A DNA stretch of 64,000 nt from Spirochaetia bacterium. Lineage in GTDB: Bacteria; Spirochaetota; Spirochaetia; SZUA-6; Bin103. The notes beneath the pieces are model-generated. The model ran no database searches and was not told the origin of the DNA. It worked only from the letters and a program-made list of their open reading frames with translations. How positions within the stretch are numbered: the first letter of the stretch is position 1; the number at the start of each line of letters is the position of its first letter. A program made the translations under genes and the position numbers. Positions 1 to 9,514 of this stretch are shown piece after piece. The stretch covers positions 256,001-320,000 of the forward strand of contig CBDAOI010000004.1 of NCBI GenBank assembly GCA_965198005.1, read 5' to 3'.

Positions 1-1080
1 GCGGCGGATGAAGGCCAGCTTGAGGCGGTAACTCTCGCCGGCGTTGCGGCGCCGCGCCGCCTGATCGGTGGCCGGCAGCGCCGCGGCATCGCGCCGCAGA
101 CTGGCCGCCAGCTCCGCCGACACGCCGTGGACGTGCTCGGAGCTGCTGAGCTCGGCGGACAGCGCGTCGACCGCACGCAACAGCTCCTGCAGCGCGCGGT
201 CGTGCTGCAACTCGAGCACGGCCGTGGTCACCTCCGCCGTGACCAGGGGGTTGCCGTCGCGGTCGCCGCCGACCCAGCTCCCGAAGCTCAAGGGGCGGGC
301 GTGGGCCGGCAGCTCGACGCCGACGCGCGCGAGCTGGGCGTCCAGCTCGTCGAACAGGTCGCCGCTCACCCCGCGCAGCAGCTCCTCCAGGTAGTAGATC
401 GCCGCCCGTGCCTCGTCGGTGGGGGTGGGGCGGTGGACGCGCAGTTCGTCGGTCTGCCAGATCAGGTCGATCGCCTCGGCGAGCCGGCGCCGGATGCGGG
501 CTTGGTCGACCGCGGTCTGGCGCGGATCGGCGCGCTCGTACAGCAACTCGCCGACGCGCTGCAGCTTGGTGAGCACGGAGCGACGCGCCGCCTCGGTGGG
601 GTGGGCGGTGAACACCGGCCGCACGTCGAGGCCGGCGGCCACTTCGCGCACGGCCGCGCGCCGTGGCGGGTCGACCTCGACGTGGTCGAACAGGGCGCGC
701 AGCCGGCCGCGGGCGATGCCGCTGCGCGGTCCGTGCTCGTCCACCCGATGGGTCTGCTCGGCGACGTTCGCCAGATGAAAGAAGGTGGAGAAGGCGCGCA
801 CCAGATTGGTGGTGTCGGCGATGTCGAGCCCGGCCAGCAGCGCGTCCAGCTCGGCACCGGCGCGGTCATCGGCGCCGGGATCGCGGGCCTGCTTGCTCAG
901 GGTGCGCACCCGCTCGACCAGCTCCAGCACGTCCCGGCCGTGCTGCCGCACCAGGGTCTGCCCGAGCAGCTCGCCGAGCAGCCGGATGTCGGCCCGCATC
1001 GCCGCGTCGCGGCCCGCGCCGCGCCGGCCGCCGCCACCGTCAGTCGCCGTCATCTCCCCGGTCGGCGTCGTCACGCTCAT
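1..1080 (-). CDS. ppc: Phosphoenolpyruvate carboxylase, 5' part (runs off window edge)
   Basis: Not in the ORF track. Manual minus-strand translation from ATG at 1080 gives MRADIRLLGELLGQTL, PVFTAHPTEAARRSVL, SFGSWVGGDRDGNP and ESYRLKL, all hallmark PEPC motifs. Confidence 0.95.
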   Translation of the reverse strand, partial: MSVTTPTGEMTATDGGGGRRGAGRDAAMRADIRLLGELLGQTLVRQHGRDVLELVERVRTLSKQARDPGADDRAGAELDALLAGLDIADTTNLVRAFSTFFHLANVAEQTHRVDEHGPRSGIARGRLRALFDHVEVDPPRRAAVREVAAGLDVRPVFTAHPTEAARRSVLTKLQRVGELLYERADPRQTAVDQARIRRRLAEAIDLIWQTDELRVHRPTPTDEARAAIYYLEELLRGVSGDLFDELDAQLARVGVELPAHARPLSFGSWVGGDRDGNPLVTAEVTTAVLELQHDRALQELLRAVDALSAELSSSEHVHGVSAELAASLRRDAAALPATDQAARRRNAGESYRLKLAFIRR

Positions 1081-1089
1081 CGCCCGGCC

Positions 1090-1355
1090 ACCGAAGGATG
1101 CCATTTAGCCAGTCACGTGTGACAGGAACGCGGTCACGTCGCCGGTGGGCACGCGCTGCCCGCCAGTCGGGCGGCTCGAAGTGCTCGGCCAGATCGAAAA
1201 TGAGCAAGTGAAGATTGGCTCGCTTCAGGTCCACGCGGCCGTTGCAACCGATGATCCACAGCGCCCCGCAGGCGCTCTTCCCAGTCCTCGACGCGTCGCC
1301 GGATGTGACCCGCGTCGATTCTTTCGTCGGTAACGTCGTCAAGAACAGTGCTCAT
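1090..1355 (-). pseudogene. Internally deleted hypothetical gene remnant
   Basis: Two protein-like pieces lie in different frames (MSTVLDD...RRVEDWEERL and LWIIGCNGRVDLKR...VTRDWL). Confidence 0.45.
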
Positions 1356-1405
1356 GGACCCACCCCGGTCGATCGATCCCAGACTGCATCATCCCTCGAC
1401 CGAAT

Positions 1406-1873
1406 TCAAGCACTGCTGCTGGGTCTCCTGTTCCGCGCGCTTGCGCCGATGAGAAACCGTGCTAACATGCGTGCCGTAGTCGAGGGCATTGGTTCGTCCT
1501 GCACGAACTGCTCCCGAAGAAGGCTTCCGACACGGCAACATTGCAGGTCTGAAAGAACGCCGGCACCGATCGCGACGGCGGCGATCAGGCAGTCGATCAG
1601 CCGCCGCACCGTCTCGCCTTCACGGCGGCAGCGGCGGTACAGCCTCGCCGCCTCGTCGTAGTGCGCAGGTTCGGTGGGTAACACGCTCGCCCGCACGAGC
1701 AGTCCTCGAAGCGCTTCAAGGTGGCTCTCGTCTCGCGCGCCAGCGAGTACTTCCATACGGATCGCATCGCAGATCGCGATGTCGCCGTCCAGCTCGGCGT
1801 CGACCCGCGCACTGATAACCGACCCGGTGTCGCGGAGGAACTCCACCCACGCCGAAGTGTCGATCAGGATCAC
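1406..1873 (-). CDS. vapC: VapC PIN-domain toxin, C-terminus probably truncated or replaced
   Basis: MILIDTSAWVEFLR, EVLAGAR and IDCLIAAVA are present. The usual final H-x-D-x-D-F segment is missing. Confidence 0.85.
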   Translation of the reverse strand: MILIDTSAWVEFLRDTGSVISARVDAELDGDIAICDAIRMEVLAGARDESHLEALRGLLVRASVLPTEPAHYDEAARLYRRCRREGETVRRLIDCLIAAVAIGAGVLSDLQCCRVGSLLREQFVQDEPMPSTTARMLARFLIGASARNRRPSSSA

Positions 1874-2073
1874 GTTGTGCTACTGCCGCGCATCTCCTCC
1901 AGATCACCTTCCCAGCCCGATCCGCGCAGGCGCCGGGCCGCCGCTAGGCTCAGGGGGCCAGCCGCGAGCGTGCGCAGCGCGAGGTTGACCGCCTCCCGCT
2001 TGGAAACCAACCGGTAGCGACACATGATCGCCGCGCAGGCCTCGTCGTCGATATCGATATTGGTGCGTGCCAT
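1870..2073 (-). CDS. vapB: VapB antitoxin
   Basis: MARTNIDIDDE...SKREAVNLALR...GSGWEGDLEEMR; overlaps the vapC start by 4 nt. Confidence 0.88.
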   Translation of the reverse strand: MARTNIDIDDEACAAIMCRYRLVSKREAVNLALRTLAAGPLSLAAARRLRGSGWEGDLEEMRGSSTT

Positions 2074-2294
2074 ACACCAACCATACACCTTTGGAGCGAG
2101 TCTGGCCCAAGCGGTCGAGAGCGGCGACCTATACCGATCGCGGAAGATCATCGACCGATTCGAGAAGATGGGTGAGAATCTCGGGGAAGCTCTGCGCGAC
2201 CAGGACTATGAAAGCGCACGTGACTTGATCGACGAGTTGGAGGGCAAAGAGGACGAGTGAATTACCCGTGACAGTGGTAACGTAAATATTCGGT

Positions 2295-2880
2295 CTACTG
2301 GTTGGGGTGAGGATCGAGCGGGGCGCAGAGGCGGCGGCGGAAATCCCGGCGGAGCGGATAGAGCCAGATGTCCTTCTTGGGCAGAGCGTGTTGGTTGTGG
2401 ACATCGAGTTTGCCGCGGCCTTGGGTTTGCCCGACGTGGATCCAACATCGAGTTTGCCGCGGCCTTGGGTTTGCCCGACGTTGGCGGCACGGTAGCAGGA
2501 AGCGGGCGTTGTTGACCACGAGGGGCAAGCGGGCCTCGCGTTGGGCCGCACTCCAGCCGATGAACCGGTCGCGCGGCGCCACCTTCCAGGCGCAGGCGGC
2601 AAACCCCAGCACGGCGAGCACCTGCGGCCCGCTGAGCACCAGATAGCGCAGTTGTGCTCCCGCCAGCGGGGTGTAGCCGAGGTCACGGTGCATGCGCAGC
2701 AGGGCGACCCGGCAACTCATATCCTTCAGTCCCCCGTTGGGGCGCCGCCAGTCGAGCCGTTCGCAGACCAGCCGCGACAGGGCCAGCCGATGGTGGCCCG
2801 GATGCTCGGCCATGAGGCTGCGGATCAACTCCAGCTCCTGCGCGCTGAAGGTGCGCCCGCAGTAGCGCACCAGCGTCAGG
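2295..2880 (-). pseudogene. DUF4338 (DruA-like, IS-associated) gene remnant with internal deletions
   Basis: RYCGRTF...LSRLVCERLDWRRPNGGLKDMSCR and LGFAACAWKVAPRDRFIGW...VVNNARFLL; also a 37-bp duplication at 2401-2437/2445-2481. Confidence 0.75.
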
Positions 2881-2939
2881 CGGCGCGCTGCGGGGCAGCC
2901 CCTGGCGGGGCTGGCGAGGCGCGCGGTGCTTGCCCGTCG

Positions 2940-3022
2940 CGGCGCGGTTCCAGGGCAGGAAGCGCTCAAAGTCCTCCGGCACCCGACTGCCGGCGGCGGC
3001 GCATGCATTCAGGTACTCGGTC
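2940..3022 (-). pseudogene. IS66-type transposase C-terminal remnant
   Basis: EYLNACAAAGSRVPEDFERFLPWN resembles the IS66 TnpC C-terminal 'LPWN' motif. Confidence 0.55.
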
Positions 3023-3150
3023 AGCCAGTCTCTGCGCCAAGTCGGTGGTGCGGGAGTAGAGCACGCGGTAGCCGTTCTCGACCAGGGCCAAGCCGATGGC
3101 GGCCGACAGGTGGCTCTTGCCGCCGCCAGGCGGACCGATCAGGATCAGGT
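3023..3150 (-). pseudogene. istB: IS21 IstB ATPase fragment, downstream half of the split gene
   Basis: NLILIGPPGGGKSHLSAAIGLALVENGYRVLYSRTTDLAQRL contains a Walker A motif. Confidence 0.85.
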
Positions 3151-3217
3151 TGAGGTGGTCCTGGAAAATTGGACAGGAGGTTAAGGTGTATTCGAGGCCA
3201 TGAGGAGGGCCAAGGAG

Positions 3218-3502
3218 ATGGCGACGACACGACGTCGATTCACAGCGGAGTTCAAGGCACGGGTAGTGGTGGAAGCGTTGCGCGGTGACCGCACGATCCA
3301 GGAGATCGGGGCCAAGCACCACGTCCATCCGAACCAGGTGAGCGGCTGGAAACGGCAAGCACAGGATGGTCTGCGGGAACTGTTCGCGGACGGCGCCAGC
3401 CGCCGGCAGGCGGATCACGAGGCGACCATCCACGAGTTGCACGCGAAGATCGGCGAGTTGACGGTGGAGCGGGATTTTTTAGCACGCGGGCTCAAGCTCT
3501 GA
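3218..3502 (+). CDS. IS3 transposase OrfA (HTH)
   Basis: RRRFTAEFKARVV...HPNQVSGWK...LHAKIGELTVERDFL; T-run at the orfA/orfB overlap. Confidence 0.9.
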   Translation: MATTRRRFTAEFKARVVVEALRGDRTIQEIGAKHHVHPNQVSGWKRQAQDGLRELFADGASRRQADHEATIHELHAKIGELTVERDFLARGLKL

Positions 3503-3522
3503 GACGGGACGAACGACGGAAG

Positions 3523-4357
3523 ATGATTGAACGTGACTACGAGAACTTGAGCTTGAGCCGGCAGTGCACCCTGCTTGGACTGAGCCGCTCGGCGTTGTAC
3601 TACACGCCGGTCGGCGAGAGCGCGGCGAACTTGGCGCTGATGCGGCGCATCGATGAGTTGTACCTGCAGTACCCGTTCTACGGCGCTCGGCAGATGGTAC
3701 GCCATCTGGCGCGTGAGGGGGTGACCGTCGGTCGGCACCGGGTGCGGCGGCTGATGCGGCTGCTGGGCTTGGAGGCGATCTACCGCAAGCCGCGGCTCAG
3801 CGTCGCGAACCCGGAGCATCGGGTGTATCCCTATCTGCTGGCGGGGGCTGACGATCGACCGCGCGAATCAGGTGTGGTGCGCGGATATCACCTACATCCC
3901 GGTGCAGGGCGGGTTCCTGTACTTGGTGGCGATCATGGACTGGGCCAGCCGGCGGGTGCTGGCGTGGCGGCTGTCCAACACGTTGGACACCCGGTTCTGT
4001 GTCGAGGCACTGGAGGAAGCGCTGGAGATGTACGGCACCCCGGAGATCTTCAACACCGATCAGGGGAGCCAGTTCACCAGCATCGCGTTCACGGAGCTGC
4101 TGGAGGCAGCGGGCGTGCGCTGTTCGATGGACGGTCGCGGTCGTTGCCTGGACAATGTGTTCATCGAGCGGCTGTGGCGGTCCCTGAAGTACGAAGCGGT
4201 CTACCTGCACGAGTTGGCGGACGGCTTCGTGGCGCAGCGGGTGATCGACGAGTGGATCGAGTTCTACAACGAGGTGCGACCGCACTCGGCACTCGGTGGC
4301 CGGACGCCGTCCGAGGCCTACCGCGGCGTCGCGGCGCCCGGACGGGAGGTGGCGTAG
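3523..4357 (+). pseudogene. IS3 transposase OrfB (DDE) with a +1 frameshift near 3841
   Basis: WCADITY, NTDQGSQF and DNVFIERLWRSLKYE are present; there is an extra G relative to the intact copy 2 (ctgctggcggggg vs ctgctgcggggg). Confidence 0.85.
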
Positions 4358-5255
4358 CGGACATGAGGAGCAGGTGGCAATTGCGGGTTCCGAGGTCAGA
4401 GGGCGAGCGGGTGTGCGATCCGGTGCGGGGAGTTATCCACAATGTCCACAGGATCAAGCCCCCCCTCCCCCAGACCCCCACCCCCTGTTACCGCCACCTG
4501 TTTTTGACAGGGAGGGGTGGGTTGACAGACAACGGAATACACCTTAACTTACCCCCCGGGCTGTCCAACCAACCGGGACCACCTCAGATGAAGCGGCGGC
4601 ATGACGTGGCAGCGCTACCTATCACGCCACCACGATCCGGTCGGGCACCACCGGCCAACCGTCACTACCGGTTGGCCCGCGACATCAGCACAATGGCGAT
4701 ACCTGCGATCCGGCAAAAGGGGCCATTGGGCGATTCAGAGGGAGCGCGAAGGCCCCTTCGACAAGCGGAGTGCAGACCAACCTCGGCCTGCTCTTCGTAG
4801 CGATGCGCCATCCTTCCTTGGTCTCCTGTCGCGCCAGAGCACGACGCCGACTGACGTTTTTGTCAGCGTCGCTCGGCCGCGAGCGCCACTTCTCTGCGAT
4901 GGCCCGTAGTGTCCGGTCACGGGGCCCACGAACGGACGACGCGTCAGTCGTGTGATGAGTTACCCGTGCACTTCGCCGACTGGGTCTGCGGTGCCCGATG
5001 ATGCGCAGACACTACGATGCCAGGCGCTGCTTCGAGTTGACCGGCCAGGTCACGCCCATCCACCGCCCGGCGCTCGTGGACCTGGTCGGCCGCGTTCCGG
5101 GCGCGCCTCCGGAATAGCCAAGTCGCTCCCAGCCCACGACGTCCTGTCGCGGGGCCAGGAGCTGCATGCCACCCGTGGCGCCAGGGAGGGTGCCACGGGT
5201 GGAGGTCACCGTTCCTCCGGCGTGACACCGGGTCCGGAGCCGCATGATCGCTCTC

Positions 5256-6188
5256 TTAAACCGACCTGGCGGCAACGGCACCCAGACGTCCACCACCGCC
5301 CCGCAGCCGCGGGTCGAGCAGGTCCCTTAGTGCATCGCCGAACATGTTAAAAGTGTAAACGACAATCGTCAGGCACAGCCCCGGCCAGAGCGCCAGCCAT
5401 GGCGCCACCTCCATGTACTGACGCCCTTCCCGGCTGAGCAGCCCTCCCCAGCTGGGGATCTCGGTCGGCAGACCGAAACCGAGGAAGCTCAAGGAAGCCT
5501 CAGACATAATCACCGCACCGATGTTGATGCTGAATATGACGATTACGGTAGGCGCAATATTGGGCACGACATGTCGAATAAGTACTCTCAGTTTTGTATT
5601 GCCAATCACCTCTGCCATCTGAAAATAGGCATTCTCCTTTACACCAATAACAGCGCTTCTAATTAATCTCGAGCCGCCGATTCCTCCAGATATCCCCAGC
5701 ACCAGTATTATCTGTAACAGCCCCCGGCCGGCTATGGACATTATGGTCAATAACACCAGAAGTCCTGGGAAGGCCATCCAGGCATCGACGAATCTCTGCA
5801 CGACCAAGTCGAATTTGCCACCGAGGTACCCCGAAGTGCCGCCTATCATGACAGCCACCACAACATTGAGAGCAGTCGCCGCGAGACCGACAGTCAGCGA
5901 AAGACGAGCTCCGTAGATAAGGCGGCTCAACAAATCTCGCCCCAGCTGGTCGGTACCCAGCAGATACTGGGCTGATGGGGCTTTCAGCCTGTCTATCATG
6001 TGCACTTCAAGGAATCCGTAAGGAGCCAGAATATCAGCAAAGATAGCAACCAGAATCAATATCAATATGATAATCCCGCTGGCAGTACCTAGCGGCTTCT
6101 CCCTCCACAGCCTGACTAAGAAACCGAGCGGCCCCGCATATCTCTCTGATTGGCTTACTGCGGATGGTATCCCTTTGGCGTCACTCAT
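5256..6188 (-). CDS. Peptide/nickel ABC transporter permease (DppC/OppC type)
   Basis: LLGTDQLGRDLLSRLIYGAR, EASLSFLGFG and GDALRDLLDPR. Confidence 0.93.
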   Translation of the reverse strand: MSDAKGIPSAVSQSERYAGPLGFLVRLWREKPLGTASGIIILILILVAIFADILAPYGFLEVHMIDRLKAPSAQYLLGTDQLGRDLLSRLIYGARLSLTVGLAATALNVVVAVMIGGTSGYLGGKFDLVVQRFVDAWMAFPGLLVLLTIMSIAGRGLLQIILVLGISGGIGGSRLIRSAVIGVKENAYFQMAEVIGNTKLRVLIRHVVPNIAPTVIVIFSINIGAVIMSEASLSFLGFGLPTEIPSWGGLLSREGRQYMEVAPWLALWPGLCLTIVVYTFNMFGDALRDLLDPRLRGGGGRLGAVAARSV

Positions 6189-6204
6189 GCTGGTTGTTTC
6201 CCCT

Positions 6205-7224
6205 TTAACTATAGCGGACCCTCGGGTCCAAATAGGGATAAATCAGGTCTATCATGAGATTGATTCCCACAACCGCGGTGGCGAACAACAGGTTTACTCC
6301 GGAGACCACCGGGTAGTCTCTTTCACTGAGCGCGATCACCATAAGACGACCCAGACCCGGCAGGTTGAATATGTTCTCCATGATAACCGAGCCACCTACC
6401 AGGATAGGCAACTGCATGCCCACCAGGGTAACAATCGGCATGAATGCATTCTTGAGGGCGTGTCTCATGATGACTACCCTCTCCTTCAATCCCTTGGACC
6501 AAGCCGTCCTGATATAGTCTTGCCTGAGCACCTCCAGCATCATCGTACGCGTCATCCGCATGGTGGCAGCGGACATGGCCGTCCCCAGAATAAGGCTGGG
6601 AATGATGAACACCCGCACATTCCCCAGCGGGTCTTCGGTCAAAGGAATCCACTCCATCGGCGGTGACCAACCCCACCAGATCGCAGGGAAGATCATGACC
6701 ATAATTCCCAGCCAGAAGTTAGGCGTGGCCAGGCCGATGATGGCGACCGAGCGCCCCAGGTAGTCGGCGGGCGTATCCTGGCGAATCGCCGAGTAAATGC
6801 CCACCGGCAGGGCTATCACCAGCCCGATTACGATTGCCATGACGCCAACCTCAATGGTTACCGCCAATCTACCTACTATATGCTCCTCTACCGAAAGAGG
6901 GCTGAACAGAGATTGGCCAAGGGTGCCTTGGAGGAGACCTTTAAAGTGCGACTCACCGGTAAACCAGTCAGGGATCGGCAACACTCCCATCCAGCGTCCA
7001 TACTGCACCCAGACAGGCACGTCTAATCCCATCATACGTAGAAGAGCTTCACGGTCTATCGCCGACTCCGACCACCCGGGGCCACCAGCAATGGAGTCCA
7101 CCCGAGCTTGAATTACGTCTATTACATCACCGGGAAGGAAGCGGACCAGGAGAAAGACCAGGATGGTCAATATGAAGAGGGTGGGAATTATCAGCAATAA
7201 CCTCCTGATGATATAGGCTCTCAT
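6205..7224 (-). CDS. Peptide/nickel ABC transporter permease (DppB/OppB type)
   Basis: MRAYIIRRLL, QDYIRTAWSKGL, ENIFNLPGLG and DLIYPYLDPRVR. Confidence 0.93.
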   Translation of the reverse strand: MRAYIIRRLLLIIPTLFILTILVFLLVRFLPGDVIDVIQARVDSIAGGPGWSESAIDREALLRMMGLDVPVWVQYGRWMGVLPIPDWFTGESHFKGLLQGTLGQSLFSPLSVEEHIVGRLAVTIEVGVMAIVIGLVIALPVGIYSAIRQDTPADYLGRSVAIIGLATPNFWLGIMVMIFPAIWWGWSPPMEWIPLTEDPLGNVRVFIIPSLILGTAMSAATMRMTRTMMLEVLRQDYIRTAWSKGLKERVVIMRHALKNAFMPIVTLVGMQLPILVGGSVIMENIFNLPGLGRLMVIALSERDYPVVSGVNLLFATAVVGINLMIDLIYPYLDPRVRYS

Positions 7225-7253
7225 GTCACACTCCTCGTTGCACTCTCTCCCCC

Positions 7254-7467
7254 GTCATTGCGGTGAAAACCGCAATCCACTCAGACCATCCCCTTGCCCG
7301 GCTGGCGCGGCACTCTCTAAGGTGCGGATCACTCGATAGCACACCGGTAGCCCATCCTTGGTGACGGCCCCATCCCCCCGCCTGCCAAAGCCTTGTGCGG
7401 CCTGCCTGCGCTAAAGCTTCAGCGAAGGCAAGCGGGGAGGCTCATCGCTGACGCTCCTCGCAATGAC
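7254..7467. repeat. REP/REPIN-like palindromic unit
   Basis: Bounded by inverted GTCATTGCG (7254) and CGCAATGAC (7459), with internal short hairpins. Confidence 0.5.
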
Positions 7468-7476
7468 AACGGAAAT

Positions 7477-7513
7477 GGGAGCTGGGAAGCCTGAACCTCC
7501 CAGCTCCCTTTTT
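7477..7513. terminator. Strong hairpin / possible intrinsic terminator
   Basis: 11-bp perfect stem gggagctggga/tcccagctccc followed by T5 on the + strand. Confidence 0.55.
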
Positions 7514-7681
7514 CCGCTGAGGTCAGCCACAAGGGGTGGCCGGGTAGAAGCGCGGACCAGCTCGCTCTTTCGATTGCGAGGCAGGTCACTACGTACCCAA
7601 ACTGGCGGTGCGCCGCCTGCGATAATTGATACGGCCGGTCCTTCCCCGGCTGGAATGCAGTCTTGTCGGCTGCTCGAAACC

Positions 7682-9514
7682 CTAATGACCCATTGCTTCC
7701 TTCAGCGCACTATCAATCCAGAGGCGGGCGAAGACAACATGGTTTTGGGCTGTTCCAAAGCCGCCTTCGGCGTTATAACCTTTCACCCACGGCTGGTGTA
7801 CGCTAAACACTGGGGCCAAAGGTCCCCAGAGGAACCAGTGCTGCTCTACGATGCGCATGTCCATCTCTTTAGTCAGCCTCATCGCCTCCTCTATCGTGGT
7901 AGCCTGTAAATTGGCTTCATAAAAGGCGTCATATTGCGCGTCGGAGACTCCAGAAAAACTCCGTGCAGTGGCCGAGTAAAACTGTGACTGTGCCCACAAT
8001 GGGTAGAACGGATCAGCCTTGATGCCCGCATTCCACCAGGCCATATCATAGTCTGCCGCGCCTATTCGAGCCCCATATTCTGCACCACTTGAAGGTACCT
8101 CAATAACCACATCAACGCCAATCTCACGCCAGTATGCTGCCTGTAATTCTGTCCAGCTCAAATCCTCCGCGGGGTGGAGCACAAACGTGGCCTTGAATCT
8201 AATGCCGTCAGCGCCACGAGCATATCCAGCCTCATCAAGCAACGCTTCTGCCCTTGCCTGGTCATAGGTATAGTATCCCTTAAGCTCTTGGGGCCACTCT
8301 TCAAATGGTACGTGCCACCCCTTGAAGTCCCTGGCGATCAGCCCCCGAGGTATCGTATCCGCCTGACTCTTATAGTAGGTAGCATTCATCGTCTCGAGGT
8401 CCAGTGCCATCTGCAGTGCGTGGCGCACCCTGATGTCGTCCCCCCAGAGCGGCCTGCGCTGGTTCAAACTGACAGAAGTATTCGACCGTTCTGACCACGT
8501 GTGGAACACGAGTTCGGGGTTGGTCCGCATGATGCTCTCTGCCAGGTCTAGAGCCGTTAATTGAGAGGCGCCCGGCCAACCTATGAAATGGATCCTTCCA
8601 CTGCGCAGTCCTGCCAGAACTGTTGCGTTTTCCGTGATAGAGAGGCTCTTTAGCTCGTCAATATACGGCAGGAGGTTCTCCGGGAATTTTTCGTCGTAAC
8701 CCCAGTAGTTGGGATTCTTGGTGAAGGTCATAGAGCTGCCCGGCACCAAGTCAGTTAGCATAAAGGGGCCGGTGCCGACCACGCTCTGCCACTCCCAATC
8801 GGCCCCGTATTCCTCGAGTAGCTCGGGGGGCTGCACAACCGCATTGTTCCAGTCCAAGATAAGGCCCAGGCCACGGAGTCTTTGCTCCTTCAGCTTCATA
8901 ACGACCGTATATTTGTCGGTGGCCACTATCGATTCCCAAGGCAAATCTAGAAGGTTACCTCCTCCTGGGGAAGGTTCGGCTTCACTGAACTCGGTCCCTG
9001 TCAATTTATTTCCCAACAAGCGGTGAAAGGAATGTTCTACATCCTCGGCAGTTAGCTCCCGACCGTTCACCGGCGGCTTATCATGCCAGTGAACGCCCTG
9101 GCGGATGTGGAAGATATAGGTTGTGTCGTCAGGCTGTTCCCAGCTTTCCGTCAGCGCCCCCCGTAGGGCGTATACAGGTGTAAGGTAGCCGCCGACAAAG
9201 GGATATGTGTCCCTATCTATTGCCCAGTTCGTCATGGCCAGTTTCTCTATAACGCCACTGAGAATGTTTAGCGTTCCCCCACCGCCAATATGGGCATCCG
9301 GTCGACGGCTGGCGGGATCCAATCTCATGACCTGGGTCATTGTCCCGCCATACTCTGGCGCGGGCACCACCTGACCTGTGCTGGGGTCGGTCACATACTT
9401 CTTGTCGGCAGCGGCTGCCGGCTCCTCTTCTGCGCCAGCGGCCCAGAGGCCGGTCGCGGTCATTACGAGGACCAACGCAACCGCGAAGGTCTTCGTCATT
9501 CGTACAATATTCAT
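7682..9514 (-). CDS. ABC transporter family-5 substrate-binding protein
   Basis: Signal-like N-terminus, ESWEQPDDTTYIFHIRQGVHWH, VGTGPFML and DIRVRHALQMALD. The start at 9514 follows a GGAG RBS. Confidence 0.9.
   Translation of the reverse strand: MNIVRMTKTFAVALVLVMTATGLWAAGAEEEPAAAADKKYVTDPSTGQVVPAPEYGGTMTQVMRLDPASRRPDAHIGGGGTLNILSGVIEKLAMTNWAIDRDTYPFVGGYLTPVYALRGALTESWEQPDDTTYIFHIRQGVHWHDKPPVNGRELTAEDVEHSFHRLLGNKLTGTEFSEAEPSPGGGNLLDLPWESIVATDKYTVVMKLKEQRLRGLGLILDWNNAVVQPPELLEEYGADWEWQSVVGTGPFMLTDLVPGSSMTFTKNPNYWGYDEKFPENLLPYIDELKSLSITENATVLAGLRSGRIHFIGWPGASQLTALDLAESIMRTNPELVFHTWSERSNTSVSLNQRRPLWGDDIRVRHALQMALDLETMNATYYKSQADTIPRGLIARDFKGWHVPFEEWPQELKGYYTYDQARAEALLDEAGYARGADGIRFKATFVLHPAEDLSWTELQAAYWREIGVDVVIEVPSSGAEYGARIGAADYDMAWWNAGIKADPFYPLWAQSQFYSATARSFSGVSDAQYDAFYEANLQATTIEEAMRLTKEMDMRIVEQHWFLWGPLAPVFSVHQPWVKGYNAEGGFGTAQNHVVFARLWIDSALKEAMGH

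Larger units (their letters stand above)
3151..4586 (+). mobile_element. IS3-family insertion sequence, copy 1
   Basis: TG...CA ends with imperfect IRs (tgaggtggtcc...ttggacag / ctgtccaa...ggaccacctca), orfA and orfB; near-identical to 21963-23397. Confidence 0.95.

Noticed and set aside
127-1122. 331-aa plus-strand ORF and other long antisense ORFs (e.g. 25360-27156, 40873-42831, 60275-61906)
   Set aside because: Shadow frames of real genes on the opposite strand in high-GC DNA; no motifs.
2295-2880. Functional Druantia system
   Set aside because: Only a deleted DUF4338 remnant next to IS66/IS21 debris; no other dru genes.
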